Source: Eledone cirrhosa (lineage: Eukaryota). Taken from it: 64,000 nucleotides of DNA. The stretch is from the NCBI GenBank assembly GCA_964016885.1, contig OZ024744.1, positions 41,044,001-41,108,000 of the forward strand, in the 5' to 3' direction. Each line of letters starts with the position of its first letter. Positions within the stretch are counted from its first letter, which is position 1. A program made the translations under genes and the position numbers. The notes below the pieces were generated by a model that saw nothing but the letters and a program-made list of their open reading frames with translations, searched no databases and had not been told where the DNA came from. Shown one piece after another: positions 13,767 through 29,199 of the stretch.

Positions 13767-14521
13767 AATACAATATATACCAGTTTTATAAATAAACATT
13801 GACGTACCCTTTCAAAATGCGACCGTTACTTTTGGAAGACATCAGGATAGTGGTTTGTTTATTTTAGTAAGTCGTTATGTTAAGGAGACGGAAAAAAGAC
13901 GGAGAGAGAGAGAAACCGAGAGAGATAAAAGTGGAGAAAAGAAAGGGAGAGATAAATAAAGAAAAAGAAGAAAGAAAAAAAGAAAAAAAGAAAACAGAGA
14001 AAAAGAACAGAGAGATATCCAACCACCAGACAGAGAGAAAAAAATCAAGAGAGAAATATAGAGATAGAGAGAGGGGGAGAGAACGAAAACCTTAAGTCAT
14101 GTCATATTAAATTGAGTTAACAATTGAGATGAAATGAATAAATAAAATTAGAAATATTAATATTCATGAATGGAATATACATATATAATATGAGAAATTA
14201 ATCATTGTTTAGATATTTATTTTAAAAATTGAGATCAATATATTAGAAATTGGAATTTAAACATTACTAAATATATATATTGCTAGAGAAATTACCTATC
14301 ATATAGCACGTACATATACTCAAAAATACATAAATATATATATATATACACACACACTCAGAAGATACACACTATATCTACTTCCGCATATAATATATAC
14401 ATACAAAGCATAAATTATTTTTTTTAATTATTTTTTTTTATTACTGCTATATATTCCTTGTGTTATTAAATAAAAAATTTCAGTATATATATACAAATAT
14501 ATAGGATTAACTTTCATGCAT

Positions 14522-15330
14522 CTATACCCAGCTCTACCTAACGCTTCGTTGTAATAATGCGCTTTTTCATCAAATATATTCTTATTAGATGAAATTCTTG
14601 AAATTCCTTCTTGTACAGAGTTCACTATAGTATTTTTAACGGATCTGGGGTTATTAGAGTTAAAATTGACATAATTTAAGTTCTCATTTAGTTTGTGAAA
14701 TGGATAATGAAGACATGTGTTGAGATTTAGTGTTACATCTAGAAAATTGACTATTTTATGGTTATTCTCTTTTTCTACTTTTAGATTAAGGTAATTAAAA
14801 AATGGTATAATTTGTTTTCTTTTTCTATTTAGTTCACAGTTATTATTTTCTATAAGTAAAAGCATGTCGTCACGATATAAGCCTCCGATTACACCTGGTA
14901 TTTTTCTATGTAGAGAATTAATTATAAATAGGCCCCCAAGGTCCGTTACCTGAGCTGAGTCTGAAGATCCCATAGCTATGTCGAAATTATTATTTCTATC
15001 TGCCCTAATCCAGAGTTGGTTATTAAATTCTATTAATGTTTTCCGTGCCGATAATATAATGTGCATTTCATTGCTAGTTAGGTCTGTATGTTTAAATGCG
15101 TAAGTTAGTGCCTTATTCAGTAGATTAGGAGTGATAGATGAGTAGTAGTTAGCAATATCCAACTGAATAAACTTATTATTATAGTTATATTTAATTTCTT
15201 TAAACCAATCGATAACCTCACTAGTCCCTTTCCATAATTTTAAGTAAGATAAATTAGGTAAATTCTTAATTTGTTGTATTATTCTGTCTAGAATATTTTT
15301 GCTAAGTCTGCCCAGGTCAGATTTAGATGG
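14522..15330 (-). mobile_element. Naiad-type PLE RT fragment
   Basis: SKSDLGRLSK, FIQLDIANYYSSI, FDIAMGSSDSAQVTDL, GGLYRDDML, NFLDVTLNL, YYNEAL.RAGY. Confidence 0.9.
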
Positions 15331-15664
15331 TGCAGACTACTCCTTTTAATTCCTCTTCAGAAAATTGCGATCTTTGTATAGAGGAAATATTCTTTATATT
15401 AAAGACCAAAAATTCCCTTAATTTAAGGAATAATTTATTCAGTTGCTGCAGACATAGATTGAACTCAACGTTTAAATATAAATATAAATTTAAAATGTAG
15501 TATAATTAATTAAGTAATTTGGTTAATATATGAAACCTGTCGATAAATCATTAGATTCCTTCACCTTTTTCATTTTCTTTGGTTAAGTACTCAAGTATAA
15601 ATCAATTTTCTTCCTAAATATAAATATAAATATAAATATAATAAACTATTCTAGAAAAGTTTAT

Positions 15665-16050
15665 CCTTTCAATATCTTGAGTAAAATATACGTAAGATAA
15701 ATTTCTATACTAAATATATTAAACATATTATTTTAACTTGAAATATTCTATAATATTTTAAAATATTTTAATATTTTGATATTTGTAGAATTCTTTTGTT
15801 TTTTAAGTTATATTGATATAATATTTTATTTACTTTTTATTAGGTTTATTTTTATTCTGATAGCTTCTCATAATTTTCAAAAGTGTGTCCTTTCAATATC
15901 TTGAATAAAATATACGTAAGATAAATTTCTATACTAAATCTATTAAACATATTATTTTAGCTTAAAATATTCTATAATATTTTAAAATATTTTAATATTT
16001 TGATATTTGTAGAATTCCTTTGTTTTTAGATTATATTGATATAATTATAT
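15665..16050. repeat. Partial tandem duplication, period ~224 bp, very AT-rich
   Basis: cctttcaatatcttga.taaaatatacgtaagataaatttc at ~15665 and ~15889. Confidence 0.8.
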
Positions 16051-17123
16051 TTCCAATATATAATCCTTTTGTATTTTATATACTCAATTGTACTATGTAA
16101 TATATTGACGTATACTTATCTCTATACGGCTAAGTATGTATGGATGTGTATTAACATACATATGCATGTGTTGTATGCATTTTTATGAATATATGTCTGT
16201 CTGTATATATGCATGAGTGACGCATGTCTACCAATTGGGTGAAGATGCACACACATGTTTATATATGTATATGTAAGAATTGTGTGTGTGCATGAACATG
16301 TGTACCCATGCAATTTGATTGCAGATATGCATAATTTAACAGCCATAATTTAACAGCCATAAATGCATGAAAGTTAATCCTATATATTTATATATATATA
16401 CTAAAAAATGTTATTTAATAACACAAGGAATATATAGCAGTAATAAAAAAAAAATAAAAAAAAAATAATTTATGCTTTGTATGTATATATTATATGCGGA
16501 AGTAGATATAGTGTGTATTTTCTGAGTGTGTGTGTATATATATATATTTATGTATTTTTGCGTATATGTACGTGCTATATGATAGGTAATTTCTCTAGCA
16601 ATATATATATATAGTAATGTTTAAATTCCAATTTCTAATATATTGATCTCAATTTTTAAACTAAATATCTAATCATATCTAAACAATGATTAATTTCTCA
16701 TATTATATATGTATATTCCATTCATGAATATTAATATTTCTAATTTGATTTATTCATTTCATCTCAATTGTTAACTCAACTTAATATGACATGACTTAAG
16801 CTTTTCGTTCTCTCCCCCTCTCTCTATCTCTATATTTCTCTCTCTTGATTTTTTCTCTCTGTCTGGTGGTTGGATATCTCTCTGTTCTTTTTCTCTGTTT
16901 TCTTTTTTTCTTTTTTCTTTCTTCTTTTTCTTTATTTATCTCTCCCTTTCTTTTCTCCACTTTTATCTCTCTCGGTTTCTCTCTCTCTCCGTCTTTTTCC
17001 CGTCTTCTTAACATAACGACTTACTAAAATAAACAAACCACTATCCTGATGTCTTCCAAAAGTAACGGTCGCATTTTGAAAGGGTACGTCAATGTTTATT
17101 TATATAGCTGGTATATATTGTAT

Positions 17124-17180
17124 TTTGTCTGATGAAGGCATACCATAATTTAACATGGTATTCTTGAAATATGTATAATG
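17124..17180 (+). ncRNA. Hammerhead ribozyme (right arm)
   Basis: Inverted copy of 13713-13766: CTGATGA-AGGCATACCAT..ATGGTATTCTT-GAAA-TATGTA. Confidence 0.75.
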
Positions 17181-17312
17181 AAATAAATATGGTTTTATAA
17201 ATATAGTTTCCATTTATTAATATCGTATATTTACTCCAAATACTTGTCGAGTGCTTTATATCAGTTATAAAAATATTTGCTTGTTGTATCCCAACGTTTT
17301 ATATAGAACTTT

Positions 17313-18234
<922 letters not shown>

Positions 18235-18576
18235 AAAGGTAAACAGAAATAACAACTCAATTGGTACAGTATATGGAAGGTATATATTAGGTTAACGCTT
18301 GATATAGCGGAAGAGGGTGTTAACATTCATCAGAAGAAAGAATGAGAAATAAAATAGATTGAGGGGACGGGTGGGTTGGAGTTGGAAAAAACGTCTTTAG
18401 ATAAAAATAACAGGTCCATTCATGTTGACATCTCTTTTATTATTTTACTGTTGGTGCTGGCGTTTTTTGTATGATTTGTTTTTTTAGAAAAGTGGATGAT
18501 GGCAGGCGTCTACCTGAAATGGAAAAAAGACTGTTTTATAAAAAGAGCTATACTTGAGCACGTGCGTAAGTATAGG

Positions 18577-18667
<91 letters not shown>

Positions 18668-18979
18668 GTGTGTTATTATAGGTCCGTACGAAGCTAAGAA
18701 GAAATGTGTGTGTATATGTGAGTAAAAGAGTGTGTGTGTGCATGTAAGTACAAAGCTATGAGCAAAAGTATATTAATATAAGGGTGTGATAATGGACGGG
18801 GTATTAGAGGAATTGGGGAGGTGAGTTGAGTCCAAGAGGGGAATAGGACCCAAGACGGTGAATCAGACTTTGTTCAGTCCTGGTGCGTGTGCGGCGTCCC
18901 GTTCGTCCGATATATATAAAGACCCGCAAAGGGAACACCGGAGGGCATAGACAACGTGGGTGGATATGCAGGATAGCAG

Positions 18980-19023
<44 letters not shown>

Positions 19024-19027
<4 letters not shown>

Positions 19028-19514
19028 AAATTCCGACCTTACACACTTGCACTTCTGTAAGACAATGTCACTGGTGCTACGCAGTAATACAGAAGACCCG
19101 CCTTGCCTATGTACAAAGCGAAACCTACAGTCAGTAGGCACCTCTTAACCAAATATACACCCCAATCCACTACCCCTACTCCACCCTCCCACCAACACCA
19201 CCCTCTCTCTGTAAAGTTGGTACCTCAACATTCAGTCCAAATAAATGAGAAAATGAGATCATGTAGGTGTCACGACAAAAAAATAAACAACAAAGAAACA
19301 CAGTCCACGCTGTAATATGGTCGTGTAGGTAACACTGTAAAAAGTTCCCAGTCCACACTGTAAATGTGGTTGGTGTTAGGAAGGGCATCCAGCCGTAGAA
19401 TACCTGCCAGACAGTGGTATATGAGCGAGATACGGTCACCTGATCAACCTTCCCTCAAGTGGGACAACTCCCGTCTAACCCATGCTAGCGTGGAAGATGG
19501 ACGTTAAACGAAGA

Positions 19515-19517
<3 letters not shown>
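19024..19517 (+). mobile_element. RTE LINE 3' end/tail
   Basis: Similar to 1595-1977, same tail motifs. Confidence 0.8.
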
Positions 19518-19584
<67 letters not shown>

Positions 19585-19779
19585 GTATGTGTATGTGTGT
19601 ATATATGTGTGTATATGTATGTATATATATGTATGTGTATATATGTGTGTATATGTATGTATATATATATGTATGTGTGTGTGTGTATGTGTGTATATAT
19701 ATATATGTGTGTGTGTGTATATATATGTGTACGTACGTTATGGGTATGTGTGTGTGTGTGTATGTATATGTGTGTTATG

Positions 19780-19910
<131 letters not shown>

Positions 19911-20209
19911 TTATTTTTTTATTTTTTTATTTTTTTATTTTTCTATTTTCCTATTTGCTTACTTATTTATTTATTTATTTATATGTGTGTATGTATGCTT
20001 GCATGTATGTGTATGGACATATGTGTATGTTTACATGGTGTATATTTGTGTATGTATAACAGGATGCATCCTTCCATGGATGACCCTGTATGACGTTTTG
20101 TGCAGATTTATATGACTGTGAGTATATCACATTGGGGTAAGGACAGAGATATATACATGCGTGCGTGTATTTGTTGGAATGAATATGAGCCAGTGAGAGT
20201 GTATGTGTG

Positions 20210-20275
<66 letters not shown>

Positions 20276-20958
20276 ACCTACATAGGGCAAGGTTTGTTTG
20301 TATGTTTATGTGCGTGTACATATACATATGTGTAGATATATATACATGTCTGTATGTGTGTGTGTTTGTGTCTTTGGAAGTGTGTCTGTCCTTGTACCTA
20401 TCAATAAGGACAGGAGTGTGTGTGTGTATGTGTGTGTCTATGTATATGTCTGTGCGTGTTTGTGTGTATGTGCAGATGTACGCGAACGCTGATATGTGTC
20501 CTTGAGTGTGTGCGCGTGTGCGCGTGTGTGTGCGTGTGAGACCGGATGTATGGGGGTTTATAGGCAGGCGCCAGTGGACGTGTGTGTTGGTGTGTATATG
20601 GTTGTGGGTGTGAATGGGTGAGTGTAAAAGAGGGAGTGTGTGTGTGTGTATGTATATGTGTGTGTATGTCTAGACATGTGTGCGTACATATGTGCATGCA
20701 TATGTATGTATGTGTCTGCGTGTGTGTGTGTATGTGTGGGTATATATCTGTGAGTGTGAGCGGACTTGTGAGATACCAAACCCAGCATGAGTCCATTGAA
20801 GTGTGTCGGACGGGGAGTGGCTGATTACGAGTGTGGCAGCAAATATTGACCAGAATTTATGATGACGTAGAAAAACAACATCCCATGGCAAGACAAGAGT
20901 GGAAGATGTTTTTTGAAGCTAACACCCCAGTGAGAAAATTTGCTCCGAAAGCATTGCA

Positions 20959-21048
20959 TGTGTCCGAAGAACCCGCAGTTATAGAATCAGGCAGATCCAT
21001 ACAATGATCATGTCTCGAGCTATCTGCTGGCGAAACATTTGTAACACG
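20959..21048 (+). ncRNA. Hammerhead ribozyme, U4C core
   Basis: TGTGT-CCGAAGA-ACCCGCAG...CTGCTGGC-GAAA-CATTTG-TA-ACACG-C-AATAAA. Confidence 0.75.
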
Positions 21049-21230
21049 CAATAAACTAAGTCTAGATGCATCACTAATTTTTCGTTTTTTTTTTTATTAT
21101 ATCACACTCTGCTCTGTAAGAACCTAGAGTGCTCAACCGCCTATGGAAGCACCATAGCTACCATTAAACACACACACACACAGACACACACACACGTGCT
21201 CGCGCGCGCACACACACACACGCACACACG

Positions 21231-21328
<98 letters not shown>

Positions 21329-21648
21329 AACGGAAAAAATGAAACGAAATTTCATTTCTCACTCTTAGTACGGCTTTTACTTAAATATAAGTATGTATAC
21401 GTATGACGATAGCTAATAAGCTTGAAACTAGTACAGCGTTCCTTTGTCAGTGTTGAACAAATGAGCAACGATGGTTGCTAGACACTGTACGGCTTAATTC
21501 GGGATTTTTGTTTACAAACACACCGAGCATTATAATAAATGTTCGGTGAATCCATACGTACATATATATATATCTGTGCATGTATATATATATACATACT
21601 ACTGTACGTCTGTATACATACTTATATATATATAAAACAGTATATATT

Positions 21649-21752
<104 letters not shown>

Positions 21753-21759
21753 TTATTAA

Positions 21760-21984
21760 AATAACATTAAAGTTTAAGCAAAGAATCGCTTCTACGTTCA
21801 CAGATTGACGTTGTTAGTTTCAGAAGATCCCGTTAAGGGTGAAAGCAGCGATTCTTTGCTTAAACTTTAATCTGTTATTTTAATAAATATTTGCTCTACG
21901 GTTCTTACATATTTGATATATATTTGATATATATTTATCCTTATCGAGCCCTCTTTGGATTTTAGTCTTCAAATTTATTATTAT

Positions 21985-21990
<6 letters not shown>
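21760..21990 (+). mobile_element. Short repeat family with HHR-like CAGAAGA motif and inverted end; relatives at 3060-3215(-), ~26130, 35095-35150(-), ~48785
   Basis: cagaagatcccgttaagggtgaaagcagcgattc..ttaaactttaat and ttatcgagccctct shared among copies. Confidence 0.75.
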
Positions 21991-22044
<54 letters not shown>

Positions 22045-22374
22045 TACATGTGGAGAGAGAGGAAAAGAAAGAAGTATTTCTATCTATCTCACCATCTCCC
22101 TCTTTTGATCGTCTTCTTTGATTTATTCTGTCACATATTCATATCCGAAACTCAATCTTCTGGTTCCGTTATCAGCAATATTTATGCTTTTGTCAAGTCA
22201 AAAGCCCATACGTTAACCTTGTTGTGCAAGCATATGTGCGTGTATCTGTGTGTATGACTATATATACATATCTATGTGTTTTTATGTACGTATATATGAT
22301 TGTGTATACATATATATATGTTCTTGTATGTGTCTGTGTGTTCATGAATATGCATACACATCTATGTCAGCGTG

Positions 22375-22474
<100 letters not shown>

Positions 22475-23140
22475 TGTGCATGAGTCTGCATGCATATATA
22501 TGTTTTAAGATTTGTGTTTGTGTGTCTGTGTGTGTATCACTATGTAATCTGTGTGTCTTTGTGAGAGTATGTATCTACATCACTATGTATTTGTATTTGT
22601 ATTTGTGTTTGTTATTATGTGTGTGTTTCCGTGTGTGTCTGTATGTGCAATTGTGTGTGTATGTGTGAGAGTATGTGTATATGGTTTCTATTCATCTTTT
22701 GTTATGTCTTCCAAGTTGTTAAGACAAAATATTTGGTTATATTATAAGGAATGAAAACGAGGTGAATTACGTCATAGGTGGTTCAGATATTATTTTTTAG
22801 CATAATTTACAACTTATATCGTTTCTTCCTGGTATGCTTTTATATTATTTCTGTTCACATATGGTATGTTTTATAGAAATATTACATCAACCTCAGCCTT
22901 GGATTGGTACCTTATTTTATCCAACTCAGACATATGGCAATTAAACTTATGCTTAGTGCTAAGTCTCCCATTATAGTTCTGTTTATATTTAACATTTTCA
23001 TCGGAATATTACATCAACTCCAGTATTTAACTGGTACTGTATTTTATTCAATCAACTGTTACTACTACTATATATACATATATATACATATATATATATA
23101 CATATATATATACATATATATATATATAGAAATATATATA

Positions 23141-23570
23141 TCATCATCATAATCATCATCATCGGCATCGTTTTACGTCCGTTCTTCCACGCTAGCATGG
23201 GTTAGACGGGTTGTCCTGGTGCGGTCGGCTGACATTGTCTTGCTCATACGGGAACTGATTCTGGCTTGATTTCTACAGCTGGATGCCCTTCCTAACACCA
23301 ACCTCATTTACAGTGAGTGCTGGGTGCTTTTTACCGTGGTGCTTACTATGTGGGAGCATATTGTCTATATGCTTCAGCTTCGGCTTGTACCCGTGGGTGC
23401 GGGGGGGGGGGGTCTTCTGTATTACCCAGACGTCACGGTCGCGTGACATCACCTTTGAGAGGTGTAATTGGGTAAGGTCGGCTTTTATCATCTCATCCCA
23501 AGTCTTCTTGGGTCCCCCAACTCCGCGGCTTCCCACGACTTCTAGTACTCTGCACCTTTTTATGACAGCT
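23141..23570 (-). mobile_element. RTE LINE 3' end/tail
   Basis: GVGGPKKTWDEMIKADL plus conserved tail and (GAT)n. Confidence 0.8.
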
Positions 23571-23799
23571 GTATGTATATATATATACATAAAATGTTTA
23601 ACCTGTTTAGCTTGCTCGTTTTTTCGACTGCCTGGCTTGTCAATTCACAGCCATTTTAATAATGTGTCTGGCCCTTATAACATGTTAATTGCTCTGGCTT
23701 CTTCCTAGTCCATTGAGCGTTTGCCAGCAAATCTCAAAAATAGCGTTTCGTTTTGTTTTGGCCGCCGCCGAAATACGATCTCACTGAAATTATATTTAT

Positions 23800-23896
<97 letters not shown>

Positions 23897-23915
23897 TATA
23901 TATATATATATATAT

Positions 23916-24858
23916 CTGTGCGAAATTCCTTTCTTGCTCACATTTCAACCAGGTTTGATGGTCTTTATTCTCTCGTTCACGATTTCACCGAACTTAAATT
24001 CATAGAAATCTGGGACTTGTCTCCTTCTTCTTCACTTTCTGTTGCTTCACCATTTTGTTTGTTTACCCTCGTGTCCCCTTTATTTACGTGTCCCAACGAC
24101 TTTTTTTAGCCGTTGCTCGCACCAACCGGAGGTATATGGTCTTTAAAGCGATGAAATGCCTATGATAGTTGGAAGATCACTGATGAAGGACAAACTTTTT
24201 TCATATGTAACCCATTTGCAACTCCGCAGCGCCCTTATTATCACATTTACACATACTTTTTCCTCTGCTGCTACACCGTCTTTTTCATTCTATGTATCTT
24301 TACCCTTTCTAGCAGTCTCTCTCTCTGTTAGCCTCTTCCTCACCCTTCACTCACTCCTTCTCTGTCACTACCTCTCCTCCTCCTCTTTCTTCCCGTTTGA
24401 CCTGTGAGTAATTCTTTTCTCTCACATTCTCGGTCCAAGCTGGTCGGAATTTTTTCTTTCTCGTCTACGATTTCACAGAACTTATGTTTACTGAATTCGC
24501 AGACCAGACCCCTTCTTCCTCCCGTTAGACCTGTGCGAAATTCCTTCCTTGCTCACATTTCAACCAGGTTTGATGGTCTTTATTCTCTCGTTCACGATTT
24601 CACCGAACTTAAATTCATAGAAATCTGGGACTTGTCCCCTTCTTCTTCACTTTCTGTTGCTTCACCATTTTGTTTGTTTACCCTCGTGTCCCCTTTATTT
24701 ACGTGTCCCAACGACTTTTTTTAGCCGTTGCTCGCACCAACCGGAGGTATATGGTCTTTAAAGCGATGAAATGCCTATGATAGTTGGAAGATCACTGATG
24801 AAGGACAAACTTTTTTCATATGTAACCCATTTGCAACTCCGCAGCACCCTTATTATCA
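23916..24858. mobile_element. Non-coding element with ~328-bp direct terminal repeats (23916-24243, 24531-24858) in (TA)n
   Basis: Near-identical repeats, period 615 bp; (TA)n on both flanks. Confidence 0.85.
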
Positions 24859-24961
24859 TATATATATATATATATATATTTAAAAGTTAAACAAGGTTCA
24901 ATGTATAAATCAAAGAATGAGTTTTACAATAGGTTGGAAGCACTCAACTGTTGGTTTTCCA

Positions 24962-25004
<43 letters not shown>

Positions 25005-25094
25005 CTGTATGGGAGCCTCCCAAAAGTCACCTCAAAATTGACACGGAGGAGACTGGGGTTAGCTGGACATGCTCACCGACATCCAGAGTTTGTG

Positions 25095-26128
25095 GCAAAT
25101 ATTAATGACATATTAATATTAATGACATAGATGCCAACTTAAAGAATGCCACAGTACTGAAATATGCAGATGACATCAAGCTGTACCTTGAGATAAAAAG
25201 GACAGATCCTGAACACTATAGATCTTGCCTGCAATCAGACCTGGACACAATGCAGCAATGGATCACAGACTGGCAACTCAAGCTAGCTGTGGATAAGTGT
25301 ACCACCATGCATTTTGGGAGTAAAAACCCAGCGTCCACATACTCCCTCCACAATACTAATATCAAGAAGTCTTCTTGTGAACGTGACCTGGGCATTACGG
25401 TCAGCAGTGATTTTTATTGGACGAAGCACGTCTCTAAAATTGTCAAGAAGGCCAAGGGTGTCTTAGCATCACTCAGCAAGATATTTGTCAGCTGCTCTCC
25501 AGCTATCTATTTAAAGCTGTATATAGCTATGGTGCAGTTACACTTAGTATTTGCATCACCAGTCTGGAACCCCTATCTTGCTCAGAACATTGACCTCCCG
25601 GAAACTGTTCAGAGATGTGCAACCAAGTGAATACCCTCCATCAGGCATCTACCATACTCTGAACACCTTGCTTCCCTAGGCATGGATACATTGAAGCTCC
25701 GACGCCTGGCAACTGACTTGGTAAACACCCACAAAATTATTAACCATCTTGCCAACAACAACCCTGAGTACCTTTTTGATATCCATGTGTCTAACACACG
25801 TGGACATGCCCACAAAGTCAGAAAACAGCACAGCTCCCATGACTTTCACAAACATTTTATCACGCTCAGAGTTGCTGAAGCATGGAACAAACTCCCTGCA
25901 TCAGTTGTTAGCTGTCAGGACACTGCAACCTTTAAAACCTCGATGCTTCCTGAAATTTGCCAACATTACATCTAATGTTCCATCTCCATACACACGCACA
26001 TATGTATGTCATGACTCATACACTGTTCACTTTCCTGACATTTGTACATTATTCTATGTACTATACATGCACCTTTGCTGAGTTGTAGTGCACCTGAGCA
26101 CTGTACTAATAATTTCATTATTATCATA
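25095..26128 (+). mobile_element. CR1/L2-clade LINE, 5'-truncated
   Basis: INDID..LKYADDIKLY..LQSDLD..W..WQL..KC; ERDLGI; WNPY; RGH; WNKLP; tail copies at 28195-28290(-) and 38335-38410(-). Confidence 0.9.
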
Positions 26129-26266
26129 TAAGGTTGAAAGCAGAAATTGTTTAACTTTAAATGTGTGCTGCTAATAAATATATATAAACAACTCTTATTG
26201 AGTTCTCCTTGGATGTTTGTCTTTGCATGTATTATTATTAGTACTCTATATATATATATATATTGC

Positions 26267-26335
<69 letters not shown>

Positions 26336-26404
26336 AACCAGTAAGACCCCTTGAGTACTTTGGTGCGTTATGGTCCACCTGGTTCCTTACCACATTTCCT
26401 TCGT

Positions 26405-26439
<35 letters not shown>

Positions 26440-27224
26440 TATTTTATATATATATATATAAGAACAATACTATATAATGATGATGCGTTAGTTTAATGCT
26501 TGATATGTTTAGAAAAGTATGTTAACATTCAGCTACTAGTTTTTCATTGGAAGGTGGAAAAAGAGGGAAGAGAGGAGGTTTGGAATGATGAAAATGTCAA
26601 AGACAATGATAATGACGACAATGGCAGTAACGATGATCACAATGAAAGCAACAAAGACAGCGATTATGAAAACGATGATGGTAGCAATGGTGGTGACGAA
26701 GTCTTTGAACCAGGTGATGGTTACAATGTAGACGAAATTACAAAGACAATGATGCTGGTGATGTTGACCACAATGGAAACAACAACACGCGTCGAAAGTA
26801 ATAACAACAACTACAATTATAACAGCAATGATGGTACCACCAACAATGACAATGGTACTGATGATGACAACAATGATGACAATGATGGTGACACCTCCCA
26901 GAGAGTACCATCACTATGTTAGTTAGGTCAGATTTAAAATTAAGTGTTATTGTTCAGTTAGCATCCTAATCGATATGATGTCCTACAAGGAAGACACCGA
27001 ATATATTGCTGCTAAAATTCCAAGCCATTTATTTATTGGAAATCATCATTAGACAAACCTTAGTCACATATATGGCCTCTATGTTGTCAGATCAATCCAT
27101 CATTAAAACATAAATGTCACTAGATATTTTTATTTTATATGAGATATTCTTAATAAATTATATTTCAGCCAAATGATAGTATATATAAAGTCATATCTCA
27201 TTGGCAACAATATATGTTACTGAG

Positions 27225-27410
27225 GAGAGGATATCAGTTGCATAGAGTCGGACGCCATGCTTTGACGCATAGAGTTATGGTCCTTGCCATTCTGAATTCA
27301 AATCCCGCCGAGGTTAACTTTGCCTTTCATCCTTACAGGGTTGATAAAATAAAGTACCAGTAATGCACTGAGTAATTGCTGGCCTTGTGCCAAAAGTAGA
27401 AACAATTATT
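27225..27410 (+). mobile_element. tRNA-derived SINE (MetaSINE-like core)
   Basis: B-box gaattcaaatccc followed by gcctttcatcct..gggttgataaaat..gtaccag. Confidence 0.75.
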
Positions 27411-27844
27411 ATTCTCTAATTTTTTTTTGTAATGGTACAGAGGAGATATTTAAGTTTCAGTTTAATGACATCACATGGCAACAAGCCACCTTACCTATTA
27501 GATGCAGTGGCCTTGGACTTCTGTCCCTTACTACATTTGCATGTCAGCATTTCTTTCCTCACTGGCCCTCTGTTATGTCCTTATCAACAAGGTTCTTCAT
27601 AACACTGCAGAACCTACAATGATCAGGACATAGGACGTAATTTACATGACTTGGATTTGACACAGCCTTTATTCTGAGAACATCCCAACACAAATAGGAC
27701 ATCATCGACAGTAACAAAGCTTTGGAAAACCTTATTCACTGATTAAGAAATAATACTTGTTTTCCATATCTATTTTTATTCAATAAAATTTAGCTTTTAT
27801 TTCCTCTACAATCACAGCAGATTCTGTTTCAAAGATTTCATTTT

Positions 27845-28190
27845 ATAATAATTGTTTCTACATTTGGCACAAGGCCAGCAATTATCCCAGTGTATTACTG
27901 GTGCTTTATTTTATCGACCCCGTAAGGATGAAAGGCAAAGTTAACCTCGGCGGGATTTGAACTCAGACCATAAAGGGCGTAACTCTTTGCTATAATAATT
28001 GTTTCTACTTTAGGCACAAGGCCAGCAAATACCCAGCGCATTACTGGTACTTTATTTTATCGACCCCGTAAGGATGAAAGGCAAAGTCAACCTCGGCGGG
28101 ATTTGAACTCAGATCGTAAAGGACGTAACTATGCTGGAAAGCATGGCGTCCGACCCTCTACCGATACTGCCAATCCACCGCACTCTTTGC
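27845..28190 (-). mobile_element. Two tandem copies of the same tRNA-derived SINE
   Basis: Reverse complements of 48287-48480, head to tail. Confidence 0.85.
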
Positions 28191-28624
28191 TATAATAATA
28201 ATGATAATAAAGGTGCATGTATAGTACATAGAATAATATACAAATGCCAGGGAAATGAATAGTGTATGAGTCATGATATACATGACATACATGATATACA
28301 TGATATACATTGCTGGTTAAATATATAAAAAAATTAAAAGAACTCATCAAGAAATTCTAGAAAGCATTATTTTTCCTTTTTTTTTAAAGTGTGAATAAAA
28401 AATAATAGATAGTATATGTCTTCCGAAATAAAGTTGAAAACTTTCAAACATTGATCAAAATATGAAAAGCATTTACAGTTTTTATTTTATTTATTTTATT
28501 TTTTGCTGAAATAGTTTATACACTCAATTAACATTATGCTAATTATATATTGTAATTAATATTTTAATTGAAAGGGGGGAAAATAAAATATTTTAAAAAG
28601 TACATAGATACTCGTAAATCATGT

Positions 28625-28780
28625 TACCTAACAAGTTGTTGTAACATTCTTTCTGCCACTTGCGTAACTTGATCCCACAGTTTAAAGCCTTTGTTGTTGG
28701 TCCTTTCTAGAGCATCATCTTTTCCCTTGTAGCAATTAATAATTATGCTGCTATGCCAGTCATTGTGGAGGTACATAGCC
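28625..28780 (-). mobile_element. RTE RT remnant
   Basis: DWHSSIIINCYKGKDDALER..GFKL.DQV, homologous to 36640-36780(-). Confidence 0.7.
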
Positions 28781-29199
28781 TTATGGTGGGGATGTGGACT
28801 TACAATCATAATGTAGTGGGACTTATGATCATAATGGATTGGGTTGTATCTTGCGTTCTTGAACACAACACTTCATTTGATGTTCCTCCAGTCTACTCAG
28901 CTGAAAATTAGTACCTGCAATAACTGGGTGTTTAATCCTGTGATGAACTGGCATCTTGTCGCTTCAGTCTATGGAAATAGGGATAAACATCGGCCTGATG
29001 AATTTCTGGGCTTGAGGCAGACTTTAGACGTTATGCCAGTCATTGATAACCCTCATCATCTATCACCCGATTGACTGTATGAATGACTAGCTCACCTCCT
29101 ACTTCACAAGTTCATTTTCAGCATATCAACAACTAGCCCTGATGGTCCAGTAGCGTTTTCCTTTTTCCTATTCTGGATTATGTTTTGATCCTGTAGATG

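Larger units (their letters stand above)
13661..17230. repeat. Large inverted repeat (~860-bp arms 13661-14521 and 16363-17230), each arm ending outward in an HHR
   Basis: Arms are reverse complements; ORFs 13877(+) and 16796(-) translate almost identically. Confidence 0.92.

Noticed and set aside
20843-21006. Open frame resembling a host exon
   Set aside because: No recognisable protein; overlaps the HHR at 20959-21048
21400-21437. ATGACGA..GAAACTAGTA hammerhead-like motif (also 13800-13850, 18270-18335, ~39005)
   Set aside because: Core positions broken or GAAA missing; probably decayed, not called
26500-26922. 140-aa Asp/Asn-rich ORF
   Set aside because: Degenerate trinucleotide repeat, no domain or splice evidence
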